The position numbers were made by a program, and so were the translations under genes. Below the pieces are notes generated by a model. The model searched no databases. It was not told where the DNA came from and saw only the letters and a list, made by a program, of their open reading frames with translations. Shown in pieces: positions 41,645 to 57,097 of a DNA stretch of 64,000 bases. This DNA comes from Eledone cirrhosa (taxonomy: Eukaryota), in contig OZ024744.1 in assembly GCA_964016885.1 (NCBI GenBank), positions 83,018,001-83,082,000 of the forward strand, read 5' to 3'. How positions within the stretch are numbered: position 1 is the stretch's first letter; the number at the start of each line of letters is the position of its first letter.

Positions 41645-43236
41645 ACACACATATATATATTTATATATATACATAATTTCTCTTCTCTTTGACAGTGTAA
41701 ATATATAAACTAAGTTAAAAGAAAAAGATCAAAAGATATTCCAGCCTTTTCTGAGAAAAAATAAAATCAATAACAACAATAATAGATATAGAACAACAAA
41801 GAACATTGAAGAAAAGTAAAATACAAAAAATAAAATATCTAACTCACTTAGAAATATGTGATGAAACAAAAACAAAAAACAATGATTAAAAAAAAAAAAT
41901 CTATAATTTATCCGCGTATAAAAAAAATTCATGTAAGGTAAAAAAATGTAAATTAAAAAAATTATGCAAGGAAATAAATATTCAAGATAGTAAAATCCAA
42001 ATCTGAATATACATATTGATATTTACGTATGATTTATATTCCTAAAGGGTACACACTCGTGTGGATTTGCAAAGGAATGCATCGATTGTAGATCGGATCA
42101 AGGAAAAAAAAACATATTTCCACTGTTTTTTTTTTCTATCTGCTGGTAACAACTAGTGACAAAAGTATGCAGGATTTGAACAGAGAATGCACAGAACAAA
42201 GTCAGATACCGAAACGTACGCCGACAAACACTTTAAAATGTCAATCGTTCCACTGCTTCTAGATAAAAGGGAATACGTTTGAGAAATAGGTCTATATAAA
42301 CGTATTTAATATATACACCTTTATATACTGAGGAAACTGTGATATGATAGCTTAAAACACCTATGATGCGACTTTCCTATTGTATAAAACGACATTAAAT
42401 TTATCTGGCCATGTGATGTTTAAATCCAGGAAAATAATTTCATGTTAGTCAGAATATTGATAATAGTATGAATCAGTATGAGTGTGTGTCTGTGAAACAT
42501 ATACATATACATACACCAGGTCCGAACACAAAGGAACCAAACTCCCACTGTCACAGCCTCCGTCTCTCCCACCGTCCTCGTCTCTCACTATTATGAGCAA
42601 TTGGGGGGGGGGGGGGCCTACGCGCTGGAGTCTCGTGGCCCAAGCGGACAGAATAAAAAGTCGTTTCCCTGCAAATGGTAATTTATTGATCGATTCTGAA
42701 AGGATTTACACTCAGAGAGCAAATATCCAGAATAAAAAAAACCGAGTCATTTAATCGGTCGCACTAACAACACTGCCATCTCACAACCATAATGTACTTA
42801 CTTAAACTTAGAAACTCTCGCATCATGAGGCGCATGAGCAGCCAAAGTGCTCCAATAACCACGGTCAGTTACATCTATCAAGGCATCGTTGTAACTTTTG
42901 TTGACGAGTTTCGTGTCTGTTAATTGTCTGTTGATAGTTCCCCTTGGAAAGCCTTCCTCACCTATTTCTGTGCGGGGGGGGGGGATAATAATACAGGACC
43001 TGATTAGCATGTCTCTCACTTGAGAGTCGTGAGAAGTGTCCCGTTGTTAAACACACGTTGTTTGTGGACCCGTAAATACATATAAAATCATTTATAGTCA
43101 AGAATATAGTCAGAGGTGGACACAAACGAAAATTTGTTTTTTTGCAATCGAAAATTTGTCGACCAATCATATTCAATTGGTATTTATAACACTTCATGCC
43201 AACAACACACAAGACACCTTATTCACCAACGTTGCT

Positions 43237-43704
<468 letters not shown>

Positions 43705-44249
43705 TCAAAATCTTAAGCTCTGTGTTGAGCAGAATTTTGCGCCAGATCTTTTCAATTATGTACTCCTCGTTCGCGACTTTCCTAATCAATGTTATAATTC
43801 TACGGCTCAGAAAACTGTGTTTTGCTACCAGTTGTAGATGACAGTGGCCACAACATTGGAGAATAAGCCTGGCATATCAGAAAAATCTCGCATTGCAGAC
43901 CATCCAATCTGGGCGGTCTGTGCTTCGTACAACCATTCTTGGATATCCACATTTCAGTAACTATACTTCAACTGTCGCGAGTCATAGCTGGCCTTCGTGG
44001 TAGGAACTACATCCCACCACCATCATCTCCGTTACACTGGTTGATTAGCTGACTGGTTGTCTGTCCAGTTGTCGCATTGACAGGCTGACTGGCTTGTTGG
44101 CTGGCTGTCGGACAAGTAGGTTGCCTTCTACTCTTGCATAAAGCGGGAAGTTAGTTTTCAAGTTTGTAAACATACTAATGTTGTTGGGACCTTCAGTTGA
44201 ATTCTAGCTGTTACATAAACTCAGTGGTCAACCGAATCTTTCTTTTTCG

Positions 44250-45425
44250 CTTCTTCGCCCAGTTATTTTTGAGAGCATCATGGGAGCTTGTCTTTAAATA
44301 TCCTTCCAGCCGGTATTGTCCGAAGTAACCGTTTCCAATGGATTCAACTGATCCCCAAGTGAGACCAGCCGAGCTCATGAATGTAATCCGATCATCTTTC
44401 TCGGGTCTACCCCTGAGTCTCCTTCCAGTTGGTTTTGCCTGTAAAATCTGTCCAGTGATTCTCTTATGAGACATTCTATCCACATGTCCATAGCTTCGGA
44501 TCTGTGATTCTCAATTCGGAGAAGTAATGCCTCTTTCTGGAGTGATTCTCTGATCTCCGAGCAACGCTCTCTCTCGAATAAAGTTACTCCAAAGACCCTT
44601 AGGAGGCGAAACATTTCGGCCGCTTGCATTCGCGATCGTTTTCATTCGTTTTCATTAAACAAGATCCATGCCCACAGATCAGCTCCTGCAATTCTTGCAC
44701 TTAATTCAGCCTCCTACATTCCATCAACTAGTGAATGCGACCCCGCGATACTTGAATGTCTCCACTTGCTTCATTAGAACTCCACTCACATGTAGACTGT
44801 AATGCGCATGTTTCTTTGAGAGAAAGAGTGCCTTAGTATTTGCAGCACTGATTTCTATTCCAGACATGCAGCACTCGGTATCAAATCTATCAAGACTATG
44901 TCGGAGATCACCTTCTAACGAGTTAAGTAATATCATGGCATCCGCAAATTCCAGCCGGCTGAACCTACACCCATCGGTCGGGATAACTCTTCCAGCCCGG
45001 CTGCGTGGGTCAATCCTGTCCATGAAAATAATGAACAGGCGCGGTGACATTATGCAGCCTTGGTGGAATCCGACTTCCACATTGATTGGTTTCGATTTAG
45101 TACCATTTATCCGAACTCAAATACTATGACATTCATATCGAGACTTGAAGGCAACAAGAAACTGTCCATCGATCTCATACTCCTGTAGAACGTTCCTCAA
45201 CAAGTCATGTGGAACGTGGTCGTAATATGGTTTTTCAAGTTCCATAAAACAAGTTTACATACCTTGGTAATACTCCCACAATTTCTCAAAGACCTGTCGC
45301 AGCGTTAATATTTAGTCCGTTGTGCTGCGTCCGGGGCGAAAACTACACTGTTCGTTAGCTAGCTTGGACTCGACGAACTGCCTACATCTTTTCCAGACAC
45401 TTAGCATAGACATTACCGGGGAGAC
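44250..45425 (-). pseudogene. Degraded RTE-clade LINE RT region
   Basis: VGFHQGCIMSPRLFIIFMD, FADA, QVETFKYRG, QAAEM.., RGRP; many frameshifts. Confidence 0.85.
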
Positions 45426-46075
45426 TTATCTAGGAGATACCTCTATAATTAGAACCGTCTCTTTCTTGTATCCTTTTTCTCTGAAGTTAATGTAAGAATT
45501 TCCTGATTCACCATCTTTAAAAAACATTGATCCAGAGATCGATAAAATAATGCACCAGTCGCCAACATTCTCCTCCTCACAGGTTGTTGATCTTGTGCCT
45601 AAATCAGAAGTCACTATTACTACTGTCACGTAAGTGAAGCTTATTTTTTTTTTCATTCATTAGCCCCAGTAATAACGGCCTTTAGACTTGTAGCGTGATG
45701 TGAATAACAAATCTGTTACACGTATCTAAAACTTGTAGAAGGTATTGCAAGGGAAAAGTATAATTTGTTTCAAACAAGTTATACCTAGACACATCCACAT
45801 ACGCATACTTTTACACACGTGCATACATACATACAAACGCATGTATAATCACCCCCACCCCATACACACACACACGCACACACGTGCGCACAACGCGCAC
45901 ACAATAGCGAGTAATGCTTTTCATCCGCAGAAAATCAGAATTTAATCACATCTAAACGTGTATATATATACACACACACACACTCTCTGTCTCTCCCTCG
46001 CGCTCTCTCTTCCTCACACACACATATATATACACATATAAATACATACATATATATACATACACACACACACGG

Positions 46076-46111
<36 letters not shown>

Positions 46112-47514
46112 GTAACTGAATTAGAAATACGAAATACGAAAGAAAAAATCAGTTAAATCTTGTCGCAATTAAATGGTTATTATTCAGATTTCTGATGGAA
46201 TAAGTTTGAAATGGCATGATGTTGGGCTTCCCTTTAATATTGGCTAATTAAAGAAAATTATATTTTATAGCTAGAATTACTTGACATCATAGAATTAAAT
46301 TAATTGTTAATTCGATTGTAACATGATATATATGAAGTACAAGACGGCTAGAGAGAAAACAACGACTGCAGCATAAAAACAACCCGAACAGTAACAACAC
46401 CATGTATAATAAACAAACATAAACACAAACACGCCGGTGTTCGCTTTTGGAGTATAATGAAAGCATTTCATTGGAAGGATATAGAGCATATGCGAAGAAC
46501 ATATTGCAGCATGTTGATAAATATATGTAGTTATGTAGGTTGAAAGACTCCATTCTGTCCGACATATGGAAGCTGACCAGTCAATTTTTGACATGACTTA
46601 ATTGTAAATAACTCTCATGGAATTTTACTGTCTATTATTGTGTGCGGCAAGAGCATTGAGTACTGTTTAAATTGAATAGTTTTTATTATCTTGCAGAGCT
46701 GAGTTAAAATACTACGCTAACGGGTAAACTATGCTTCATTGTTGAGGTGTAATAATCCATAGAAATGTCCGGAGTATTTACTGTACTTCTAAAGACTAGG
46801 CTCACTTTCCACTATATTCTATTTTTAATTAATTTAAATTAATTGAAATTTTGTAGATTTTCTCCCCCTACCTTTGTTTATCAAATTAGTCATGAGGATT
46901 AATTAGTTCTTTTCAGTGTTGCTGAACTAATCAATTTTTTAAAATCCACTATGTATGTATGTATGTATGTATGTATGTATGTATGTATGTATGTATGTAT
47001 GTATGTATGTATGTATGTATGTATGGATGGATGGATGGATGTATATGTATTTATGTATGTATTTATGTATGTTAGACTCGACCTCATAGGTTTTGTTGAA
47101 GAAGGACTTCGGTCAGAAACTTTAAATAAAAAATGTGTCCTAATGTATTTACAGAAATATTATATCTTCGTGATGCGACCTTCTTACATTTACAATTATT
47201 TATATTTCCACCCGGACATACATTTACTCTTGACATACCTTATGCTTCAACCCTTAAATTCAAACATTCTTACGTCCAAACACATATACAAAAAAAAAAA
47301 ATCAAGACGAAAATTTACCTTTGTAAATACGTATAATGATGCATGCATGGCATGGCATGGTTCTATAAGTCCTGATGGGATCATAGGTGCACCGTATTGA
47401 CACATGGCTTTTCTTGGTTATTTCAAAATCTGGCGGAGACCACCTCCTCTCCAAGTTTGAATACAGCAGGGTAGAGAGTAAGAAAATGGAAGTGCGAAAG
47501 AGTTAGAGAACGAA

Positions 47515-47680
47515 TTTACCCCAGTGCTAAACTGGTACTTTGTTTTATCGACCTCGGATGGATGAAAGGCAAAGTTGACCTCGGTGAGATTTGAACTACT
47601 TCCAAAGCAGAGAGCCCAAACAAATACTTCAAAGTACTCTATTCAACGTTCTAACCACTTTCCCAATTCGCCGCCTTTAA
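47515..47680 (-). mobile_element. Diverged tRNA-SINE
   Basis: ctggtact..tttatcgacc..gatgaaaggcaaagttgacctcgg core. Confidence 0.7.
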
Positions 47681-49239
47681 TGGTGCATAGAAAAGGTAAA
47701 ATACAGGTAAGATACGTTTTAGTTGAGTGGTACAGTAAATATAGAATGGAATGGACTTCCGTTGTTTTTGACGATGTCTGTTTCAGTTATTTGCTCAACG
47801 GAGAGCCTGAAAGTAAAATTAACATGTAAATGACTGAGAATTTCTTTGACATAATAATCAGGAATATGCAACATGACACAATGTGTGCCAGGACTGTCCT
47901 TTCGATTTACAAGTATAGTCCACCCGTCAGGCTTCAAACAGTTTTTGTTTCCTCAACTTAATTCACCAAACAAGCGCCAACCCGTGGCTATGGTAAATGA
48001 CCAGTGCTGAAGATGCTACATAGTGGTATCGAAGCTTCTATGAATAAAATGTATAATATACCCTCCTCGTAGGTCATACATATAGGTTTTGAAGTTACGT
48101 CCATATCGATGTAAGACGATTTGTCTGGAAGAGAATCCGGTCTTAATTATCTGAATATAGTATAGTAGGCCGGCATCTTGCTCTCGCAAAAATACAGCTG
48201 ATGTAAAAGTTCTTATGTAGGTCGATATATTGGGTGAGACAGAAAGTCAGGTTTTCTGAAAATTGAGAAAAATCTTTCCATTAAGAGATGTCGCTTCGTT
48301 AATAAAGTTTTAACAGTTTTCATTCATTTTCACTGGAAAAAGCATCTGACTGTATATTTACCCACGTAAGATCTGATTCTACTTTAAATAATAATTTATA
48401 ATGTATGGCTATTGATTAGATAATTAAATCAGGTATCGCGTAATTCAGAGTAAATCCTTTCTTACACAAGCTCAAGGCCAGCTTGGCTGCTAATTGTTTT
48501 TCTCGAATCCAGCGGCTTTTTATTTGTTCGCAGAAACACTTGCTTATAAAATTAACGTGTAACTGGCTTACAATTTCACACACATGTAATCGTAACGTAA
48601 TTTACCCTTACCTATACACATTTCAATTAGAGATACAGTCCTTCCGATGATGTTCCAAACAGTTTCTGTCTATCTAATTTCGCTCACAAGATATGGGTCT
48701 ATTTGAAACTATGATAAATACGACTTAGCAAGGAAGGATGTCCCGTAGTAGGATCAAATGAGAGACCTAGTGATTGCAAAGCGAAGCTCTAAAACATTCA
48801 AGTCACACACACATGTTCTCCGCTCAAACATCGGTGGTTCAAACATTACTCACCTAAAGGAAACTAAACAACTATGTAGACACTGCATAATATTGCTGTC
48901 CTGTTTCAGAATTTCTGCCAACTAGCTGCTCTCTCCTGCAACAATTCTAATTGAAAACTGGAAAAAAAAAGCCCCACCAAAAACAAAGAAAAACATTAAA
49001 AACTTAAGTCTATAGTTCATCTATTGATTTATTGATCTATAAAAGCCGATCCGAAGGGGAAAAGAACGAAAGAACGATTTGGATGATTGAATAAATAAAT
49101 AAAATATTGAACAGACACTTGTAAATGTTATCAATAGCCACAGTTACCAATCGATATCTGATTGTTATATTTTTATCTCACTGATGTAAAAATAAATATT
49201 CCTTGTATAGCTGAGTATAAATAAAATACAAATACATAT

Positions 49240-49281
<42 letters not shown>

Positions 49282-49389
49282 GTGTAAATAAATATATATA
49301 TATGTATATATACATGCATATATATATATGTATATAGGTATATATATATATACACACACAGACATACACCCCTCCGCCCCTCCCCCCAC

Positions 49390-49428
<39 letters not shown>

Positions 49429-49576
49429 GGGAGATATATATATACATATACAAGTAGTTCGTATGTAAAAAGCATTTGGCTCACTTCAGCTTAAAATCTG
49501 AAATCACAAATGAATGTGAAGTATCTACTTTTAGTCTGATTGATTCAAAATACTAATGTTTTTATCGATGCATATA

Positions 49577-49678
<102 letters not shown>

Positions 49679-50011
49679 TATATACATATAAATATGCGCG
49701 TGTGTGTGTGTTTATTTGTATGTATTTATGTGTTTTTCTGAATGTGTCTCTGTCTGTATGTAATTATAATTATACATGACTAAAAATAATGAGGAGAACA
49801 AAGAAAAGAAGGAGGAAGTTTACAGAAATGAGCTTTATAGACATTGAGATCGATGTGGTTGATATTCACTTTGATTTTCTGTAAAGCAGTGAGTAAAAAT
49901 GATCTAATGAGTGACCCTTTACATGGTATCTGCTCCTGGTACAAATGCGTTCAAACTCTCAGACTCCAGCTCACATTAAACTGCCTGTCTTAGTAAAGAA
50001 AAATATACTTA

Positions 50012-50200
50012 ATAATTGTTTCTACTTTTGGCACAAGGTCAGCAATTATTCCAGTGTATTACTGGTACTTTATTTTATCGACCCCATAAGGATGAATAGC
50101 AAAGCTAACCTCGGCGGGATTTGAACTCAGATCGTAAAGGACCGTAACTCTACCTGTAAAGCATGGCGTCCGACCCCCTACCGATACTGTCAATCCACCG
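50012..50200 (-). mobile_element. tRNA-SINE, full length
   Basis: Reverse complement of 11510-11705; acttaataat TSD. Confidence 0.85.
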
Positions 50201-50739
50201 CACTTAATAATGCGATTTTAAGTGGACTTTGCCTATGAAAATGGCGGAAGAATAACACCTACAAAATCTATGATATAGGTTTGCTTGATTAGACTTGATA
50301 ATAACTTAAACGGATAAGGTTTCCGGATATGTTGTAGGGAAAACCCTGAACATTCTCGCATAACTAAAAGTGGACTAGGCGAAATGTCTATAGATAATAA
50401 CTGAAGTGAACTGTCAGTAGACTGTTTATACGGAATCTCATTGCAGTGATTTCGTTGATAGTTTGAAATTACGCCAGGTGAATACTTTGGTTTTACCTTT
50501 GCTCATAGAGATATACTAACCGGTGTAACACCCCATTATAACAAGATATCTGCTGTTATGGTGTAAAACATAGTATGGGTGACAAGAACAAACGAATCCG
50601 GTGAAGAACAAACGAATCCGGTGAAGAACAAACGAATCCCGTGTGTCGGATGGAACTGTAACGGCCCGGTATACTACTCTGTTAATAAAGATGTAACTAC
50701 CAAAACGAAGAAACAAGTATGTCAGCTATTAGTGTGGCT

Positions 50740-51240
50740 TAACAATGCTGGTCGCCTCCCACGCTATGCTGCTCTCAATGAGATCATAAAGCATGGCTTC
50801 GTTGGCGTAGGCTTCCCTTCCCAAATCAAGCCTGTAGGGCTGGACCGAGGAGACGGCAAAAGCCCAGACGGTATGACAATCTTGCCGTTCAGCGAGGGTA
50901 GCCCCTCATCTGGGATGGCACATGCATTGATTATGTAATCAAGGGGCAATATGGTGCGTTCAACTACGAGCCCAGGCTTTGCTGCCCGTCAGGCCGAAGA
51001 CGGGAAACCTTTCCAAGTATCGGCCACTCACGGATAGGTTTGTGGTAGAGCCTGTAACAGTGGAGACTTCCGGCGTTCTTAACCTCCGGACTCCATCCAT
51101 ACTGACTGCCGTTGGGGCGGAGTTGGCCGCCCGCAGGTGTGATCCCCGTGAGGTGGAGTGGCTGTTTCAGCACGTCTGCCTCGCAGTCCTCCGGAGCAAA
51201 GTATTCTTAATCCTGTCGGCCGGGACCAATTTGCAGAAGG
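50740..51240 (+). pseudogene. CRE-clade non-LTR element RLE endonuclease fragment
   Basis: RYAALNEIIK..PVGLDRGDGKSPDGMTILPF, KY..L..F.PV.VETSG, LFQHVCLAV.R. Confidence 0.75.
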
Positions 51241-52000
51241 CAAGTTACTTGGTCGTGGAAGATACTCGTTCGGACGTCACTTCAAGAACTAAAATATATT
51301 TACGTATGAAGTATTTCGTTAATTTCTATGAGGACACAGCTTATTAAAGTGGGATTGACACGTAGTTAAATAACAACTAACTATATTGTTAAGTTACATC
51401 ATCGATTACCGTTGTTACAAGCCTTAGGTAGGATCTCACAGAGAGAATTTATGATAAAAGACGTAATAGACTCGTGATAGGTGAATCTTCATCAATGAGT
51501 CAATTAGAGTTTTATGGGGTGGTACATGTTGGCGTATGTATCAGAAATACCGTTATAGATGTGGGACCAGTAGTTCAATATTCGGCTGATCAGAGTTGGA
51601 TTATTTTCTGGCTCTAAATGAAAGCTTAGTCTTTGGGGTGCAATTTCTAGTAATATGATATCATCATCAGAGATCATCTCCAATTTGTTGTTTATTATTT
51701 TTTAGTAGCGTTGAAAACTTTACCTGAAAAATATCTTCATGTGTAGTGACTGTGACTTTGCAATGATGGAGGAAACTAAATTATCCCATTCCTAGTCAAG
51801 AAAGTCTTTGACGTATCAGTTCATAGAACTCTGCTTTAATTTACGAGTAGATGGTTTTCGTGCAGGTTCAAGGAAGAGCAACGAAAATGTAAAAGCGGTG
51901 TATGTAAATAGAAATAACAGGTAGTATACAAAAGAGAAACAATAGTTAACTAAACTACTGACGAAGGGAGACTGTCCACCCCTTGTTTGTGGTCTCCTTG

Positions 52001-52102
<102 letters not shown>

Positions 52103-52215
52103 CGTTTTTTGAAATATCCAGTTCTGCGTTTACAGATTGACTTTGTTAGTTTCAGAAGATCCCGTTAAGGGTGAAAGCAGCGATTCTTTGCTTAAACTTG
52201 AATCTGTTATTTTAC

Positions 52216-52267
<52 letters not shown>

Positions 52268-52271
<4 letters not shown>

Positions 52272-52565
52272 TACGTTATTCCGGGTGGAATCGGAGGTAA
52301 CCACAGTAAGTAAGGTACTCAATACATAGCAGAGTATAAATGTTTTAATATAGATGAGTTTCTACAGGACTAGAACTGTTTCATTCTTTAGAAATCATTA
52401 GGAATCTTCAGGAATCATCAGAAATCATCAGATTCCTGATGATTTCTAAAGAATGAAACAGTTCTAGTCCTGTAGAATCTCATCTATATTAAAACTTTTA
52501 TACTCTGCTATGTATTGAGTACCTTACTTACTGTGGTTACCTCCGATTCCACCCGGAATAACGTA

Positions 52566-52570
<5 letters not shown>
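52268..52570. mobile_element. Fold-back of the 23403 HHR family in (TA)n
   Basis: Arms 52268-52407/52430-52570. Confidence 0.85.
52430..52480 (+). ncRNA. Type I hammerhead ribozyme
   Basis: agattc-CTGATGA-tttc taaa gaat-GAAA-cag ttctagtc ctg-TA-gaatct. Confidence 0.8.
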
Positions 52571-52606
<36 letters not shown>

Positions 52607-55600
52607 CAAGGAGACCACAAACAAGAGGTGGACAGTCTCCCTTCGTCAGATATTTCGGCGCATTATTAACTATGCATCTCTCTGTAGCGCGCCCATACCC
52701 TTTTATCTATCAAAAGGCCATGAGGGAGAGTAAGAAAAGAAGAAAGAGAGGAGAAAAAAAGGAAAAAAAGGGGGAACAGGAAAAAAGGGGAAAAAGGAAA
52801 AAGGGGAAAAAAAGAAGAAGAAAGAAAACTACCGTTAGAAGGGGGAAAACGGGGTAATGGGGCATGTAAGCAAGTAACCGAGAGAATGGAGATCAAGTTT
52901 TAAAAAGCCGTTGGGTTTAAGCCCGGGGCAATAATAACGCAGCTAGGTATCCCACGTCTGTCCTCAGCGAAATCGCAACAAAAAGAGAGAAAGACGGAGG
53001 AAATGGAAAGCGAGAGAGATAGATAGAGAGAGAGAGAGAGAGAGGAGGAGGGAAAGGGACTTAATCCAAACGGGTGTACGACGCACGTGGACTGACAACC
53101 AACCGAGATCGATAGAGAGAAAGGTAGAGAGTAGAGGGAAGAGAGAGAGAGAAAGAAAGAAAGAGAGAGAGAGAGGGGGTGGGGGAGAAACGGAGAGAAG
53201 GGGAAGGAGTTGTTCGAAGGTGTGGGGAGAAATGAATTCCCCAGGCACAACGAATCGAGTGAGAAAGGTAGAGAAGTGGGAGCGAAGGTCACAGCAGTAA
53301 ATATCAAAAATATATATCATTTTGATATATATACATACATATGTATATGTGTGTGTATATGCGTGTGTGTGTGTGTATACAGAGAGAAGGGGGGGGGGAT
53401 AAAGAATGAGAGGTAGAATGAAAGAATTAAGAAGATCATGGAAGTAGAGAGGTGTTCGTCTGTTGTTTTTTAAAAATCTTATTCCAAGGGTCAACGGGTG
53501 AGAGTGAAAGAGAGAGACAGGAGGAAAAAATAAACGCTATGTGAGTCTATGAAAATCAAAGAAAAAACATGAACGGGATGGTGGGAAGACAAACAGACAG
53601 TAAATCATAGAAAGGTAGGACAGAATTGTATTGGTATCTACATTAATAACAATAGCAACAATATATATATATAATTAAAAAAAAAAAATCAATAAAAAAA
53701 ATAACAAAATCTCTGGACAATAATTACAAATTGCTCATTATGATAATAGCAAAGAGTCTTAAAGCGAAAACACTAAAAATGCATTGTTTTAAATACCATG
53801 TTCTGCTAACACAGTGTTTGCTAAACAGAAATGTTAAATCTATTTGAAACAAGGACAAATCAGACAATGATGATGGGTCCTGCGTCAGTTTCAACGAAAT
53901 GCCTTCAATCAGCTTGTGAATTAATACGTAAGTGGTTCAATGTTTCACAGACACTTGTACCCTTTCCGTAAATCTTAGGCAGCAGAATTAGCGTGACACA
54001 ACACGTGATAAGAATGGATCGTTGAATTACATGTTCAATCCATTCAATGGCATTTCTCATACGTTCCGTCTAACTAATTTCATTCATAAGGCCTTAATCA
54101 ATACCAAGCAACATTCATAAGGCCTTAATTGTAAAGACAAATGATTACCAAACAAACTTTGTAACAACTCAGCGATACCTACGCCGAAATATGATTACAT
54201 TGTTACCTCAATCTAACATTAGTTGGGAAAATTTACGTCATATGAAATGTATATATTTAAATAATATATATCGACCGATTTAAAAAAATCCCCAAAACTG
54301 TGGAATACTGGAATACATTGCTATGCTAAGCTAAACACTAATATTCACTCTGTCACAAAAGAATTTGAACCCTACGAAGCATTACACCACGCTATTTTAT
54401 AGTTATACGAACCGATATATGGAAAATAAACTTCAGTGGGGGTCAATGTCAACAATAAACAGTTGGGATACAACTCACAGTAAAACACCCGGAACTTATT
54501 ACAAATACCATACTACAATATTTAATTACATTTCTTGGCAATTTTACTAGTAAAATACTGACGTAATGGCATATAAAAAAAGGGTTCCACTTCAGAACCT
54601 GCTGACACTCCATAGAGTTCATTGGAGCAATGCTCACATATCTTGTACATTATTGGCACTAATCACACAAAGATCCAAACCCGTATAAGAATTAAAAAAA
54701 TTCCTTTCCAGAGATTAGCAAATAAGCATTCACCAACCAACAACATTTATGTACAATGTAACTGCTACTCTCGTTCTCTTTTATCGCATCTGCAATGTCA
54801 ATATCATCCCCTGAAGAAGGAATCCGATAACAACCACAGCCTTGGCCCACATACCTCGGCATACATCGGAGAACTCATCAATTACGTTTTACCTTTATTA
54901 TCAAAGGCAAGCGCCCATTTTAATTTCCGATTGTCGGTTGCATGCTGAGAAAAGACTGAGAAAGTGGGCCGTACTCGCCACTCTCACCCACCTTTCAGCA
55001 AATATTCTGGCGGGCAGCACCTTTCTCACTTATCTTCCCAAGAGGTACTTGAAGAAATCAATGAAAAATTGAAAGAAAATGAAAATGATTATTTTGCAAT
55101 ACTTTCAATTTCGTCTATCATATAATTTATTTTACCACAAGACATAAGATAGAAGAAAACTACCTGTTTTTTCCAATCAAAGAAAATGAGTGGCCCGATT
55201 TTCATGATTGACACGGGAGAAAGCCGGATCACTCGAAAAGTGATATAACTCCATAAATAGAAAATGCTTTAATATTACCGATTGGTTACCCAGTGCGTAT
55301 CTTGAATTGATCCACCTGACGGTACTTCCGCACATGTGACAATTATTCCTGAAGTAGCAGTGAGTCTAAGTGGCAGTGTTGGATCAGGAATTTCTGGAAA
55401 TTATTAATGTTAAAAGTTCTCTCAAGAAACGAGCCTTCGCTTAAATACAACCTCTAAATCTCTTCAGAATGCAAGGTTCACTCTCACGCGTTGCCAAACT
55501 CGCAATGAACTGTGAATGCCTGACAATATTCCAGATGCCAGACGTTCTAGCTTAGTTTAAATTTAACTCAAGAATGCAGGACGGTCAACAGCACTTGCTC

Positions 55601-56019
55601 AGCGTCGTGGCACTTCAGCAGTTGTCGTATTGTCGGTTCATTTTCAGCCACCGTATAACAGTTTCATTGTGCAGAGTGTTGGCAGCAGATGAACGACCTG
55701 TTCTGTGGAAAGTCTCAGTGCTACAAAAAGCAAAAGAGCATATGATACATTCTGAGAAGGCGCAAATTGGAACAAGACACAACGTTCAGAATATAAATTA
55801 TAACGGATGCAATGAAAGTGATCAAAATCCCCATCTCTGGTGAAATATTTCAAAGCCACGTACTACGAGCTGAATATTAACACAATGACAACACAAACAA
55901 TACGGGTGTGCTGCTATGATGTTCACTTCACACTAACTGGTTCTACCTGGCAACTTGAACAAGTGTTTTCTATAGCCCCGGTTTGAACAATGCATTGGTA
56001 GACGAACACTGCGCAGTGG

Positions 56020-56054
<35 letters not shown>

Positions 56055-56058
<4 letters not shown>

Positions 56059-56455
56059 GAAGGAATTGTGGTAAGTAATTAGGTGGACCATAACGCACCA
56101 AAGAACTCGATACTGGTTAGTAGAGTGGGTAATAGGAAAAGAGTCAGGACCCCGACGGCTGAGCTCCGGCCGTTTCGACAGCTAGGTTTGAACTAACGCG
56201 GTATTGTTAGGACAGCAGTAGCCTAAGTGAACTTATCAAGGTGTAATTCCATATATGGGCATGCAATGAGAGCATCGCAGTAGTATCGTGTCAAACAGAT
56301 CTCAAAGTTGTTTTTCAATTACGGGGAGTGGTCAAAGGTTTTGTAAACACAATTAAATTCCTTCATAGCGGCGGGTGGGGTGGAGTGGTTGGACTTGCCT
56401 ATAGAACAAGGGGAGGGAGTAAGATAACAATCTGACCTGTGGATGTAAGCCGGTC
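56055..56455 (-). mobile_element. PLE-2 3' tail fragment in (TA)n
   Basis: Reverse complement of 22680-23015 plus further terminal sequence. Confidence 0.8.
56149..56244 (-). ncRNA. Hammerhead ribozyme (U3-A8, long stem II)
   Basis: acacc-TTGATAA-g..c-GAAA-cggc cggagctca gccg-TC-ggggt. Confidence 0.65.
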
Positions 56456-56477
56456 ATATATTATATATATATATATA

Positions 56478-56910
56478 ACTATTCGTCGCTACAGTGGAGT
56501 TTGTGCTGCTGTATGGGTCTGAGACTTGGACACTGATTAAGTGACACCACAGATGGTGGATGGGTGCTTCACGAGAATGCTGAAGATGGCTCTGAACATT
56601 AATCAGTATACACTGAGGATGAAGAACTCAGAATGTACAGCAGCCGCGCAAAAGTCAGCTCGAAAGTAACACAAAGGTGACTGAGGTTAGCTGGACATGC
56701 GTACCGACATCCAGAGCTGACACTGCACTCACTGGTCCTGCGGGAGCCCCTTACACGGACACTCTAAAAGAGGGAGACCGAAGATAACACATATTGATGC
56801 CATGAGGACAGACACTGGTCTCTGCGAGTCGCTGGACATGGCGGCGATGATGAAGTACAGAGACCACTGGAGAGAACTCGTCCATGGATGTCGGGAATTT
56901 TACCCGCCCT
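56478..56910 (+). pseudogene. RTE-clade LINE 3' fragment
   Basis: VLLYGSETWTL, TRMLKMALNI, RLAGHAYRHPE, RGRP. Confidence 0.8.
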
Positions 56911-56916
56911 ATATAT

Positions 56917-57078
56917 AGTTTCAGAAGACCCCGTTAAGGTTGAAAGCAGCGATTCTTTACTTAAACTTTAATCTTTTATTTTAATAAATATTTGCTCTAC
57001 GGGTTTTATATATATTTATATATATATAATCCTTATTGAGTCCTCTTCGGACTTTAATCTTCACATTTATTATTACTA
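56917..57078 (+). mobile_element. PLE-1 terminal fragment
   Basis: Matches 4687-4848. Confidence 0.75.
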
Positions 57079-57097
57079 TATATATATATATATATAT

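Noticed and set aside
47091-47131. TGAAGAAGGACTTCGGTCAGAAAC hammerhead-like motif
   Set aside because: Core and stem III too decayed to call; possibly an old HHR
50584-50640. 20-bp tandem repeat as possible CRISPR-like array
   Set aside because: No spacers and eukaryotic context; simple minisatellite
54600-55860. Possible host exons
   Set aside because: No sustained ORF or recognisable domain; more likely old TE debris
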